Program-made: the position numbers and the translations under genes
Notes under the pieces: model-generated
Databases searched by the model: none
The model's input: the letters and a program-made list of their open reading frames with translations, nothing else
Told to the model about the DNA's origin: nothing
Shown here: positions 1 through 10,132 of the stretch, piece after piece
How the letters are laid out: each line of letters opens with the position of its first letter
How positions within the stretch are numbered: the stretch's first letter is position 1
Assembly (NCBI GenBank): GCA_964514565.1
Contig: CAZERA010000001.1
Span: forward strand, 62,001 to 126,000
Direction of reading: 5' to 3'
DNA length: 64,000 nt
Source of the DNA: an uncultured Candidatus Peribacteria bacterium
GTDB lineage: Bacteria; Patescibacteriota; Gracilibacteria; RBG-16-42-10

Positions 1-1
1 A

Positions 2-1474
2 GCAGGCATCGGTACCCTTTTCATGCAATTTTTAGTAGGACGAAAATTACTGACCAAAGCTGGCAGTATGAATACAATCCTGACCTCACCGATGCTTACA
101 GGAATTATGACCTTGGCTAGTTTACTGCTACCAGGTCTTACTACAGCAGTGCTTGTACGACTGGTATACGAAAGTTTCTTGCCGATTTTACGACTTGGCT
201 ATAGCACTACTTTCTACGCGCTGCCTGCGCACAGTAGATTACAAGTAAAATCCACTATCGAAGGCTACATTGTGCCAGGAGCAATTGTGATAGCTTCACT
301 GACTGTAGTCATTTTAGAGCACATTATTCATGGACCAGACTTGTGGTTTTTACTAGGCAATTTAATTCTGCTAATTAGTATTGCTGCCATCATCGTCTTT
401 ACCCGTTTGAAGCCTCATTACACTGATTATATTATTAGCCATATTCACCAAAGCTCTGACCGGTTCAAGGCTAATCTGATTCAGATCTTGGCAGAACCTG
501 GCCATACAAAAGCAGTAGCGAGCCTGCATCGGCTCATCAAGGTTCCACGTGAAGCACTCCATGTAAAAAACCAGATTTTACTGACCTTGGGATCACTCCA
601 TAATCCTGAGTCACTACCAGTAATTTTCCAATGTCTACAACACGAAGATGCTGACTTGAGATATCACGCATTACGATCTCTACAGTCATATAGCTGGCAG
701 GATGACAAGCTAATGGACAATGGCTTTTCTCGGCACCATCTATTAGAAATTATCCGCCAAACTTTTACTCAAGAAACAGCAATCAAAAATAAAATTCTGA
801 TGGTAGAGTTACTATCTCAGATTGACCACGAACATATTATCGACTTTTTAATTGAGGCTTTGGAGCAAGCTGATGATGAAGTGAAACCATATGTTATTCG
901 CACCATTGGTCGCTTCTCTGATCCACACATTCATTACTATATCGAACCATACCTGGATAGCACCAATGCTTGGATTCAAGCCTATAGCATCTGCTCTCTC
1001 TGGCAATTTCCTAGCTATCGTTTAGAACTTCTAGTGAAAATTGTGCAGATGATGAATCGCAAAGACCCTCAGGGTATTCAAGCTAGTACCTATCTCTTAG
1101 GCGAAATCAGATCAGTACAAGAACAAAAAGTATTATTGGACAGACTTGATTCTACTGATCCAAGCGTTAGCTACGAAGCCGCTATTGCCTTACTCAAGAT
1201 CCATGACACAACTGGCATGCCTGTCATTATTCAAAGACTAATGGCATCACCTTCGGCTTACGAAATGCTTTGTGATCGACTCAACTATGATGAAGCTAAA
1301 ATTGCTTATATCAAAAAGATGCTGCAGAAAGCTGCCAGCAAACACATTAGCGAATTGATTGATAAAGTAGCACTCGGCGAACAGCAACACAGCTCTCGAC
1401 TAGAGGAGCTCTACACCTTGCTTGATGCCGATGAAGAGCTCTCCCATCTCGAGGAATTAAAAGCTACTTGGTAG
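2..1474 (+). CDS. Npt1/Npt2 (TLC)-like membrane transporter C-terminal part fused to HEAT repeats, 5'-partial
   Basis: Frame open from the window start. TM helices with [17 protein letters not shown], followed by HEAT-like repeats ([32 protein letters not shown]). Confidence 0.65.
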   Translation, partial: AGIGTLFMQFLVGRKLLTKAGSMNTILTSPMLTGIMTLASLLLPGLTTAVLVRLVYESFLPILRLGYSTTFYALPAHSRLQVKSTIEGYIVPGAIVIASLTVVILEHIIHGPDLWFLLGNLILLISIAAIIVFTRLKPHYTDYIISHIHQSSDRFKANLIQILAEPGHTKAVASLHRLIKVPREALHVKNQILLTLGSLHNPESLPVIFQCLQHEDADLRYHALRSLQSYSWQDDKLMDNGFSRHHLLEIIRQTFTQETAIKNKILMVELLSQIDHEHIIDFLIEALEQADDEVKPYVIRTIGRFSDPHIHYYIEPYLDSTNAWIQAYSICSLWQFPSYRLELLVKIVQMMNRKDPQGIQASTYLLGEIRSVQEQKVLLDRLDSTDPSVSYEAAIALLKIHDTTGMPVIIQRLMASPSAYEMLCDRLNYDEAKIAYIKKMLQKAASKHISELIDKVALGEQQHSSRLEELYTLLDADEELSHLEELKATW

Positions 1475-2051
1475 ACTTGATAATCTTATCAACCAAACCA
1501 TAATCAAGCGCCTCTTGAGCAGTCATCCAATTATCACGATCACTATCTTTGGTCACCTGTGCCAAGCTCTTGCCTGTATGTTTAGCTAAAATCTCATTTA
1601 GTTTCTTTTTGGTACGCAAGATATGATTGGCAGCGATTTCGATATCACTAGCCTGTCCTTCAGCTCCACCCAAGACTTGGTGAATCATCACTTCGCTATT
1701 TGGGAGGGCAAAACGTTTACCTTTTGAACCAGCAGCCAAAAGCACTGATCCCATTGAGGCAGCTAAGCCAATACAAACAGTAGATACAGGCGCCTTTATG
1801 TGTTGCATGGTGTCATAGATAGCGAGACCAGCAGAGACAGAACCACCAGGTGAATTGATATAGAACATAATATCCTTGGTAGAGTCTTCTTTCTCTAGAA
1901 AAAGCAACTGAGCCATAATGCTATTGGCCACTTCGTCATTGACTTGTGAACCAAGAAAAACGATGCGTTCCTTGAGCAACCGTGAATAGATATCATAACT
2001 TCTCTCCCCTTGATGTGACTTCTCAATAACGTATGGAATAACGAAAGACAT
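1464..2051 (-). CDS. clpP: ATP-dependent Clp protease proteolytic subunit
   Basis: [24 protein letters not shown] (catalytic Ser), MIHQ, DRDNWM motifs. Confidence 0.98.
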   Translation of the reverse strand: MSFVIPYVIEKSHQGERSYDIYSRLLKERIVFLGSQVNDEVANSIMAQLLFLEKEDSTKDIMFYINSPGGSVSAGLAIYDTMQHIKAPVSTVCIGLAASMGSVLLAAGSKGKRFALPNSEVMIHQVLGGAEGQASDIEIAANHILRTKKKLNEILAKHTGKSLAQVTKDSDRDNWMTAQEALDYGLVDKIIKSTK

Positions 2052-2078
2052 ATGTAATAGATGTTAAACAGATTGATT

Positions 2079-2105
2079 GTAGCAAACTGGTCCAGAGAGT
2101 GCCAA
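2079..2105. promoter_or_regulatory. CIRCE-like inverted repeat overlapping the putative clpP promoter
   Basis: GTAGCAAAC-N9-GAGTGCCAA versus consensus TTAGCACTC-N9-GAGTGCTAA (6/9 and 8/9). Minus-strand TGcTACAAT -10 at 2076-2081. Confidence 0.5.
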
Positions 2106-2153
2106 ATTGTCAAAATCAAAAAAAGCTTTCTGATCTCAGATCATCATAATCAC

Positions 2154-2182
2154 TTGTCACAATTCCAATTATTGGTTAGTCT
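2154..2182 (+). promoter_or_regulatory. sigma70-type promoter of the tRNA gene
   Basis: TTGTCA-17 bp-TAGTCT about 20 bp upstream of the tRNA. Confidence 0.5.
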
Positions 2183-2201
2183 GGGCGGGCAAACCCAATA
2201 T

Positions 2202-2294
2202 GGAGAGGTACTCAAGTGGTTGAAGAGGCGGGTTTGCTAAACCTGTAGGTCGGCGCAAGTCGGCGCGGGGGTTCGAATCCCCCCCTCTCCGCCA
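2202..2294 (+). tRNA. tRNA-Ser(GCT)
   Basis: Acceptor stem GGAGAGG/CCTCTCC, anticodon loop TTGCTAA, long variable arm, GGGGG-TTCGAAT-CCCCC T-arm, encoded CCA. Confidence 0.97.
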
Positions 2295-2309
2295 GTTCAA
2301 AATCAATAG

Positions 2310-2337
2310 GCTCTAAGCAAAAACTTAGAGCTTTTTT
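2310..2337 (+). terminator. Intrinsic terminator after tRNA-Ser
   Basis: GCTCTAAG-caaaaa-CTTAGAGC followed by a T-run. Confidence 0.8.
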
Positions 2338-2385
2338 GTATATCTTGACCAGAAGCAACTCTTATTTTTATTCTAATCTTTATTC

Positions 2386-4167
2386 TTAGGCCGCAACCGC
2401 GGCCTTGTGGTATCGGTCCCAAAGCACCTTAAACTCCTTAGACTGTTGCAATAATGATTCCAGACTACCTGAAGCAACTATTTTGCCTGCCTTGAAAAAG
2501 TAAATTTCATCAAAGAGATTAAGCAGATGCAAGCGGTGAATAGAAGCTACAACAGTTTTGGATTTAAAAGAACGGAAAACATTCTGATAAATAGCAAGTT
2601 CATTCTTGGTGTCGACTGAGCTAGTCGACTCATCCAACAGAATAATTGCTTTATCTTCACTGGCCATCAAGCCGCGAGCCAAGGCTAGACGCTGTTTCTC
2701 ACCACCACTAAGGTTGACTCCTTTTTCAAAAATACTGGATTCAAGCTGATGAGGTAGGCGCTTAACTACATCTGAGAAACACGCCATATCAGTAAACTTT
2801 TTGATGTAAGCATCAGTGTGATTAATTCCTACCGTAATATTCTCTCTAATCGTAGTAGAAAATATCTCTGGATCTTGAGGAATTAAAGCAATCTCGGTAC
2901 TAATAGACTGAAACCCTTGAGGTAGCAATTTACCGTCTAAATAGATCTCTCCCTGACTTGGTTGATACAGCTCCCGCACTATTTTGAGGAAGGTAGTTTT
3001 ACCACTACCACTGGCACCAATTACCGCAATTCGCTTTCCTCTTTTCAAAGTAAGGGAAACATTATCCAAGTGTAATTGGCCTTGGTTCGCTGTTTGATAA
3101 GAAAAGCTCAAACCTTTAATTTCCAACTGTTTCCAACTCTTGGCTAAAGAAACACCCTTCAGTTTAGGTGCATCACTAAAGTCATGCGCAATTTCTTCTG
3201 CATTCATTACTGCTGCCTTTTGTTGAACTATATCTCCGTACATATAGGCAAATCTAAAAAACAGATCAGTAATACGCACTAAATAACCATAGAGGGCATA
3301 GAGGGTACCAATCAAAACTGTTTCACCAGAAGCCAGATGACCAAACAAATATGAACCAAGAATCCAAGCTGTCATTATCGTACTGGAAAGACTAACTAGA
3401 AACCACTTCAATTCATTGATCCTACTGTTCTTCATTACCAAAGCCAATGGCTCTTTAATCTTTTTGTAAATGGAAGAGGCAACAAGCTTTTCAATTCGTA
3501 AAATAATAACCGTAGTGATGTTGCTAATTACATCAAATATTTTGGCTGAAATTTTATTTTCTGCACCATAAATTTCTTTGTACTGCCGAATGAGTACTTT
3601 ATCAAACTGCAAGATAAAAAAGATGGTGAGAGCCACCATAATAAAAACGATATAAGCAGCATGGATATCAAAATAGATCAAAGCGAAATAAGAACTAATC
3701 AATCGCACAATGGATTCGATCGACTGAAATGTCTCTCCTGAATATTTGTACAAAGCGGTAGTCCCTTTTTCTACTTTATCAATCGTATCGCCTGAATGAT
3801 GATCGGTATGCCAATCCATTGGAAAAGCCATTACCCCATCAAGCAAGTACTTTTTATAATTAGCACGCACTAGAAAAGCATTCTTATTTTCGATCACACG
3901 CGCTGGGCCAAACAAGCACCAAAAAACTACTATTAGGATCACCATCAAGGCTAGATCCCACAACAAGATTGGCATACTAGCTGTATTGATCCCGAGAGTC
4001 TGAATAGTGTTGAGCAGATGAGCAACAATCAACGGCTCAAAAAACATAATACCGTTAGCAAAAAGGAACAGGATAAAATAAAGTACCACATACCCCCGAT
4101 TGTTTTGGGCATACTTCCACAACTTGCTAGTAAGATAAATAACAGGACTATTTCTAAATTTGGACAC
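2386..4167 (-). CDS. ABC exporter, fused permease and ATPase
   Basis: N-terminal TM helices, Walker A GASGSGKT, LSGGEKQR, ILLDE, IHRL. Likely GTG start at 4167. Confidence 0.93.
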   Translation of the reverse strand: MSKFRNSPVIYLTSKLWKYAQNNRGYVVLYFILFLFANGIMFFEPLIVAHLLNTIQTLGINTASMPILLWDLALMVILIVVFWCLFGPARVIENKNAFLVRANYKKYLLDGVMAFPMDWHTDHHSGDTIDKVEKGTTALYKYSGETFQSIESIVRLISSYFALIYFDIHAAYIVFIMVALTIFFILQFDKVLIRQYKEIYGAENKISAKIFDVISNITTVIILRIEKLVASSIYKKIKEPLALVMKNSRINELKWFLVSLSSTIMTAWILGSYLFGHLASGETVLIGTLYALYGYLVRITDLFFRFAYMYGDIVQQKAAVMNAEEIAHDFSDAPKLKGVSLAKSWKQLEIKGLSFSYQTANQGQLHLDNVSLTLKRGKRIAVIGASGSGKTTFLKIVRELYQPSQGEIYLDGKLLPQGFQSISTEIALIPQDPEIFSTTIRENITVGINHTDAYIKKFTDMACFSDVVKRLPHQLESSIFEKGVNLSGGEKQRLALARGLMASEDKAIILLDESTSSVDTKNELAIYQNVFRSFKSKTVVASIHRLHLLNLFDEIYFFKAGKIVASGSLESLLQQSKEFKVLWDRYHKAAVAA

Positions 4168-4246
4168 GTTGATTACAAAAATTAATACACATCTAAAAAT
4201 ATAATACGAAGAAACAAGCAATGTATAACAAAACTGCCATGCTCGC

Positions 4247-6295
4247 TTACTCGATCATGCCGATTTGACGCTTGGCTTGGTAACGTTCCAATTCCCCTTT
4301 CAAAGCTGGAAACTGGCTCAGGCTAGCATCCTCACTTACCAAAGAAATAGCAGCCTCTCGAGTCTTATAAATCAAATCACTATCAGTCAGAGTGGCCATT
4401 TTGAAATCGGGCAGACCGCTTTGTTTTGTGCCATAAATTTCACCTGGTCCACGTAGTTGTAAATCAAGCTCAGCTAAATCGAAACCACTATGGTGTTTTT
4501 CCATAGCTTGGAGTCGTGCATAGCCTCCCTGAGCTTCATGACTAGTGAAAAGCAAACAGTAGGATTGATGCTCACCACGACCGACACGACCACGAAATTG
4601 ATGCAGCTGAGCCAATCCAAAACGTTCAGCCCCTTCAATCATCATGATAGAGGCATTGGGTACATTCACTCCTACTTCAATTACTGACGTAGAAACTAAA
4701 ATATCTAGTTCTTTATCCACGAACTGTTGCATGATTGCCTCTTTTTCTTTGGCCTTCATCTTGCCATGGAGTAGTCCCACTTTTTTAGTAGGGAAAATAA
4801 TAGTACTCAAGTTCTCATACACCTGCGTAGCTGCTTTCACGTCTAGAAACTCTGATTCTTCGATCAAAGGACAAACCACGAATACTTGGCGCCCCTTATT
4901 GATGTGATCTTCAATAAAAAGATAGGCTTGCTTCCTTTCTTTCTCAGTAATTACCTTGGTAATAATCTTTTGTCTACCAGGGGGTAACTCTTTGATCAAA
5001 GATAAGTCTTGATCACCATATAATGTCAAAGCCAAGCTTCTAGGGATAGGGGTAGCAGTCATCAGCAAAAGATGTGGTGAGCCATGGCTTTTGAGCTGAG
5101 CTCTTTGCTGTACGCCAAAGCGATGTTGCTCATCTACGATAGCAAGACCTAGGTTGGAAAAGCCCACGCGCTCTTGAATGATAGCATGGGTACCAATGAT
5201 GATATCGATAGTCTTGTTCTTCAACCCTAGCACTAGCTCACTCTTCTGTTTCTCTGTAGTAGATCCCACTAGCAATTCGGCTCGAATACCATACCTACCA
5301 AAGAGTGGTAACAGTGTCTCAGCATGTTGATGGGCCAATATTTCTGTCGGTGCCATCAAGGCACCTTGGTAACCAGACTTCACAGCCTGGAACAAAGCGA
5401 TCGCAGATACTACTGTTTTTCCAGACCCTACGTCACCCTGTAACATCCGCAGCATAGGGATATTTTTCTCCATATCTTTGAGAATCTCAAAGGTGGCAAT
5501 CTTTTGATCCTTGGTCAGGGCAAAGGCTAATTGGCTGACAAAGAGTTTGATCTCTTCAGTCAAAAGAGGCATCGCTTTGCCATGGTGCTCCCCCATTTGC
5601 CAAGCTCGTCGTTTGAGCTGGACTTGGAGCTGCATCAAAAGCATTTCTTCAAAAGCCAAACGAAAACGAGCAGATTGGAGTTCTTTTTCTCCCTGAGGAA
5701 AATGCACTTGTTCAATCGCCCAGGCTCGAGGGACCAAACTATATTTTTCTCGAATAGATTCAGGTAGGAATTCTTGAAATCCTTTGGCCAGGCTGGAATG
5801 TTGATGAATCTGCGTACGCAACCAACGAGAAGTAATACCCTCAGTTTCAGGATAGATCGGTACTAGTCTACCAGCATGAATTTGTTCATCCTTCACCACT
5901 TCCACGGTGGGATTCTGCATACTCATGCGTCCAAAAGCGAACTTGATCTTGCCAGATAGAATAACTTCCATACCAACCTTGATCTGATTAATTAGAAAAG
6001 GCTGATGAAACCAAACGACAGCCAAAGCGCCAGACTCATCACTCACCTTAGCCTCTGTTAAAACTTTTCTATTCTTGGTACGGATATTCTTAATTTGATG
6101 AACTGTCACTCGCAGGGTATTTTGCTCATTCTGAACGGCATATACTATTTGGCGAATATCAGTTTGATTGTCATACGCACGAGGGAAGTGAGTCAGCAAA
6201 TCAGCCACAGTATAAATACCAAGCTTTTGTAAGTTCTTGGCCATCACATCCCCCACCCGTGGCAATTCCGTCACCCGACTAGCTAAACCCAGCAT
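4247..6295 (-). CDS. recG: ATP-dependent DNA helicase RecG
   Basis: LQGDVGSGKT, DEQHRFG, MTATPIPRSL, QLHQFRGRVGRG, DLQLRGPGE. Confidence 0.98.
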   Translation of the reverse strand: MLGLASRVTELPRVGDVMAKNLQKLGIYTVADLLTHFPRAYDNQTDIRQIVYAVQNEQNTLRVTVHQIKNIRTKNRKVLTEAKVSDESGALAVVWFHQPFLINQIKVGMEVILSGKIKFAFGRMSMQNPTVEVVKDEQIHAGRLVPIYPETEGITSRWLRTQIHQHSSLAKGFQEFLPESIREKYSLVPRAWAIEQVHFPQGEKELQSARFRLAFEEMLLMQLQVQLKRRAWQMGEHHGKAMPLLTEEIKLFVSQLAFALTKDQKIATFEILKDMEKNIPMLRMLQGDVGSGKTVVSAIALFQAVKSGYQGALMAPTEILAHQHAETLLPLFGRYGIRAELLVGSTTEKQKSELVLGLKNKTIDIIIGTHAIIQERVGFSNLGLAIVDEQHRFGVQQRAQLKSHGSPHLLLMTATPIPRSLALTLYGDQDLSLIKELPPGRQKIITKVITEKERKQAYLFIEDHINKGRQVFVVCPLIEESEFLDVKAATQVYENLSTIIFPTKKVGLLHGKMKAKEKEAIMQQFVDKELDILVSTSVIEVGVNVPNASIMMIEGAERFGLAQLHQFRGRVGRGEHQSYCLLFTSHEAQGGYARLQAMEKHHSGFDLAELDLQLRGPGEIYGTKQSGLPDFKMATLTDSDLIYKTREAAISLVSEDASLSQFPALKGELERYQAKRQIGMIE

Positions 6296-6351
6296 ATAAT
6301 TTCATTACATTTGCATACTAACTGACAAACTCAGAAGTTAAAACCAAAGAC

Positions 6352-6382
6352 CTTTGCCCTCTGACCTCGTACCCCTGACCTA
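6352..6382. repeat. Tandem heptamer tract, CTCTGAC family, copy 1
   Basis: CTTTGCC CTCTGAC CTCGTAC CCCTGAC CTA. Confidence 0.6.
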
Positions 6383-8341
6383 TTCTCTATCAATCATCAC
6401 GTCTTTTGGTAAAAACGTAACAAGGTGTTCCATGGTCTGACTATTGAGTGGAGACTTCAGTAACACCTGGTAAGCAAACTGTCCCACTCTGCGGTAAAGC
6501 CAAGTAGGTGCTGGTCCTAGTACTTCGTACTGCAAACTGCGAGCAATCTTTTGGGCTTCCAACATCTCCATTAGTTTACCTGCTTTCTTAGCAGCTTCTG
6601 GTGCTTTCACATCATAGACGGTCAACCGAATCACATCACAAAACGGTGGATACCAAAATTCCTGGCGGTAACCCAACTCTGATTCTTTGAAGTGGGCGAA
6701 GTCATGATTAACCACATGCTTTAGGACATCGTAATCAGGATCATAGGTTTGAATAAGTACTTGCCCCTGTTCACCAGAACGACCAGCTCTACCTGCTACC
6801 TGGGTGAGAATTTGAAAAGTCTTTTCTTGGGCAGTGTATTCAGGAAAATGAAATGACAAATCCGCCAAGATGACACCCACTAAACTAACCTTTGGTAAAT
6901 GCAGTCCCTTGGCAATCATTTGGGTACCCAGGATGATGTCATATTTGTGATCAAGGACATCCTGGTAAAACGCGTAATACTTCTCAGGAGAGGTCATCGT
7001 ATCCTTATCCACCCTTATAACCCTGGCGGTAGGGAAAAGTTGCTCTAGCTCCATTAAAATACGCTGGGTGCCACTGCCGAGAGCTTTCAAGGTGACGCTA
7101 CCACAGTGACTACAAACAGTCGGCGGCATTTTGGTAAAACCACAATAATGACAAATCAGTTTCGCTTCAGGATCATAGCCACCTTTGCTCGCTTGCAAAT
7201 GAACAGTCAAACTAATATCACAATCAGGGCAAACCTCTCTTTTGCCACATTCTCGACACAAAAAACTAGTAGCAAACCCCCGGCGATTCAGAAAAAGTAG
7301 CACTTGTTTCTTCTGAGCAATCTCCTGCACGATCGCATCTTGGAGACGCTGAGATAAAGGTGAAAAGTTGCGAGCCTTCAGTTCGTTTCGCATGTCGATC
7401 AATTCCACAGTAGGTAATAGCCCATTTACCCGCTCAGGTAAATGCACCGTCTGCTGATCTTTGGCGACCACAGTAGTTAGCCTTGGTGTGGCACTACCCA
7501 GAATCAAGACACTATCTGTCTGCTTCCGTAGTTCTCTAGCCACAGCTACCGCATGATAACGTGGCGACTGTTCTTGGTGATAACTAGCCTCATGTTCCTC
7601 ATCAATAACGATTAGCCCTAGTTTAAAAGCAGGAGCAAACAAAGCACTACGCGCACCCAAGACCACATTTTTTTCACCTGTACGCACTTGTTCAAACAAC
7701 TTTTTGCGTCCAGAAAGCGTGACACCGGAATGCAGAATGGCCACTTGGTTGGGAAATCTGGCCTCAAAACGAGCACACGTCTGAGGAGTAAGTGCAATCT
7801 CAGGCACCAGGATCATCACCTGCTTACCTTGCTCCAAGACTGCTTTCGCAATCTGTAAGTAGATCTCCGTTTTACCTGAACCAGTCACGCCATGTAAAAG
7901 CCACGTATCAGGTTTACTAGCGAGGATGTCATCTACTATCTTTTGTTGTTCCGACGTGAGTTTATGTTGCTCAGTAGATAGCTCGATGCTTGGTAAAACT
8001 TTGGCTACTTTGTTGCTAGCACGAGTAATCTTCCAATGTTCCCGAGGCAAAAAAGTAAGAAATGTCTTGAGCAAAGGAGCACCATAATAGTCTGCCATCC
8101 ATTTGGCGATCGCTATTTGAGCGGGGGACAAAAGTGGTTCGCAAGCTGCTTCGATCGAGAGCACTTTATACTCCAGCTTGGTGGGCGGTGTGATTTTTTC
8201 TACCACAATGCCATAGCTAGCTTTGTTGCGAAAAGGCAGCTTTACTAAAGTGCCAGGTTGTATCTCAATACTAGCGGTATATGTTAGGGCACCGACTTTG
8301 AGACAGAAGTCTACCGGTAGTAAGACGTGGTAAAAGAACAT
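6380..8341 (-). CDS. priA: Primosomal protein N' (PriA)
   Basis: HGVTGSGKTE, LVPEIALT, DEEHE, GSATP, four CxxC, QVAGRAGR. Start moved to ATG 8341 because the longer ORF reads through a repeat. Confidence 0.97.
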   Translation of the reverse strand: MFFYHVLLPVDFCLKVGALTYTASIEIQPGTLVKLPFRNKASYGIVVEKITPPTKLEYKVLSIEAACEPLLSPAQIAIAKWMADYYGAPLLKTFLTFLPREHWKITRASNKVAKVLPSIELSTEQHKLTSEQQKIVDDILASKPDTWLLHGVTGSGKTEIYLQIAKAVLEQGKQVMILVPEIALTPQTCARFEARFPNQVAILHSGVTLSGRKKLFEQVRTGEKNVVLGARSALFAPAFKLGLIVIDEEHEASYHQEQSPRYHAVAVARELRKQTDSVLILGSATPRLTTVVAKDQQTVHLPERVNGLLPTVELIDMRNELKARNFSPLSQRLQDAIVQEIAQKKQVLLFLNRRGFATSFLCRECGKREVCPDCDISLTVHLQASKGGYDPEAKLICHYCGFTKMPPTVCSHCGSVTLKALGSGTQRILMELEQLFPTARVIRVDKDTMTSPEKYYAFYQDVLDHKYDIILGTQMIAKGLHLPKVSLVGVILADLSFHFPEYTAQEKTFQILTQVAGRAGRSGEQGQVLIQTYDPDYDVLKHVVNHDFAHFKESELGYRQEFWYPPFCDVIRLTVYDVKAPEAAKKAGKLMEMLEAQKIARSLQYEVLGPAPTWLYRRVGQFAYQVLLKSPLNSQTMEHLVTFLPKDVMIDRE

Positions 8342-8349
8342 CGGCTGAC

Positions 8350-8386
8350 GAGGTAAAAAGTAAGAGGGAAGAGGTAAGAAATGTAT
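8350..8386. repeat. Solo arm of the RARGTAA heptamer element
   Basis: GAGGTAA AAAGTAA GAGGGAA GAGGTAA GAAATGTAT. Confidence 0.8.
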
Positions 8387-8575
8387 CCGCTCAGTTGGTG
8401 AATGAAGTTTACATCTAAATGTTAGTCTACACACATACAAGAAGTTTGAAAGAGCTTCTGTGGTCAACTGAGGATCTGGTAGTGGATTAATCTTTAGTCA
8501 ATAAATTTATTTCATAACTGACTTGTTAGTATCAAAGTACCTTTTTCGCGAAGGAGGATTTTTAACTTTCACTCT

Positions 8576-10072
8576 ATGTCCAAAAAAGTCAGTGCCGCTT
8601 TTCTTTTGCTAGCTTGTCTAAGCTATGGACAGTCTTTATTTACTGCGCCAGCTGTGGCCCGGGCCGCACAGCTACGTGATGTCGTGATCAGTGAGGTCGC
8701 CTGGGCTGGATCTGGCGACAGCTCTAGTGATGAATGGATCGAACTTTATAACAACACCAGCCAAGCAATTAATCTAACCGGTTGGGTGATTGATGATCAT
8801 AATGGCGCTCAGACGTATCCGCTCCAAGGCACAATCGCTGCTCATAGTTATTTCTTATTAGAAAGTCGGGAAATAGCTACTAGCATTGTTGGGGACATGA
8901 TCAAAAGTACGTCCCTGAGTAATAGCGGGGACAGCTTAGTAGTAAAGGATGCTAGCCAAAATGTAGTTGATACCGTCAACAGTGCCAATGCCGCTTGGTT
9001 TGCTGGATCAAATACTACACATGCCACTATGGAGCGTATCAACGTGCAAAGTGACGGAGATCAAGCAACCAATTGGCATTCCGGTGCTAGCATCGCCACA
9101 GCTACCAGCAGTAGTGGAGGCACAATAGTTGGTAGTCCCAAAGCAGCAAATACAGGCAGTACCACCACACCATCAGAGAGCACCAGTATTACTAGTTCTC
9201 TATCCGCTAGTGTCATCCGAAATGACCAGGATATCAGCGTGAGTTACCAAATCCAAAACGCTGGCAATATCAGTAATTTTGGCTTTGATATTAGTTATGA
9301 TCCCACCATGCTTAGTTTCAGTTCAGCTACCGAAGGTGACTTTTTGAAAAGCAGTGGCAGCACTAGCTTTCAAAGTGGTTTACTCAACAACCATGCAGGA
9401 AATATTGTGATCGGCTCAGCGAGAACCGAGAATCCACTGACCGGTAAAAATGGTAACGGGACCTTGTTTACGCTCAACTTTCATACTACTAGCTCAGCGC
9501 ACGGATCAACTACAATAGAGATCAAACCAACCAGCTTTTTGAGCACCCCGAGTAGCCACATTCCTAATCCTCTATGGCCAAACAGCATTCTCACCATTCA
9601 AAATAGTACGGTAAATACCATTAGTAATTTGAGAGCGACACAAGGAACTGAGCGCTACAGTATTCAGCTCAACTGGGACAGTGCTAGTAATGGCCCCTTT
9701 CAAGTCTATCGCGAGGCCCCGAATGACCAGTGGCAATTACTAGGAACCACTCCCACTACTAGCTTTCTAGATCATGAGGGCGTCGTGCTGGGCGGCAATA
9801 TTGTTCCCCAAATGGAGTATCAATATCGCGTCAGCTCAGGTGACCTTTCCACTGCGCAAACGATTAGTGGTAGCGATGAGCGTGGACTAAAAGCAGACAA
9901 TAACCATACAGACAAAGTAGATGGTAATGATTTGGAACAAATAGCCAGATTATGGACTACTGAAAGTACAGATAGCGCATTCAAGGCACCCGTAGACACG
10001 AACATTGATGGACTAATTGGCGGCGAAGACTTACTTGACCTAGCAGTAGATTGGGCCAAGACCTACCAATAA
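8576..10072 (+). CDS. Secreted protein: lamin-tail domain, cohesin, FN3-like and C-terminal dockerin-like domains
   Basis: Signal peptide; VVISEV..EWIELYN (LTD); FGFDISYDPTML...GNGTLFTLNF (cohesin); paired DNNHTDKVDGNDL and DTNIDGLIGGEDL loops. Confidence 0.75.
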   Translation: MSKKVSAAFLLLACLSYGQSLFTAPAVARAAQLRDVVISEVAWAGSGDSSSDEWIELYNNTSQAINLTGWVIDDHNGAQTYPLQGTIAAHSYFLLESREIATSIVGDMIKSTSLSNSGDSLVVKDASQNVVDTVNSANAAWFAGSNTTHATMERINVQSDGDQATNWHSGASIATATSSSGGTIVGSPKAANTGSTTTPSESTSITSSLSASVIRNDQDISVSYQIQNAGNISNFGFDISYDPTMLSFSSATEGDFLKSSGSTSFQSGLLNNHAGNIVIGSARTENPLTGKNGNGTLFTLNFHTTSSAHGSTTIEIKPTSFLSTPSSHIPNPLWPNSILTIQNSTVNTISNLRATQGTERYSIQLNWDSASNGPFQVYREAPNDQWQLLGTTPTTSFLDHEGVVLGGNIVPQMEYQYRVSSGDLSTAQTISGSDERGLKADNNHTDKVDGNDLEQIARLWTTESTDSAFKAPVDTNIDGLIGGEDLLDLAVDWAKTYQ

Positions 10073-10077
10073 TCATC

Positions 10078-10113
10078 CCAGGCGGAGCAGACCAACATCT
10101 GCTCCCTGGTTTA
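10078..10113 (+). terminator. Strong intergenic stem-loop (terminator or mRNA stabiliser)
   Basis: GGAGCAGA-ccaaca-TCTGCTCC, extended by CCAG/CTGG, then T-rich. Confidence 0.6.
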
Positions 10114-10132
10114 TTTCTTAACTGATCACTGT

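Noticed and set aside
2202..2386. Prophage or island integrated at tRNA-Ser
   Set aside because: No integrase and no duplicated tRNA 3' end observed.
8342..8467. N-terminal extensions of priA, and of the ORFs at 10810, 31463 and 54875, with IHFLPLPSY-like or similar peptides
   Set aside because: They are read-through translations of repeat arms; the downstream ATGs give family-typical starts.
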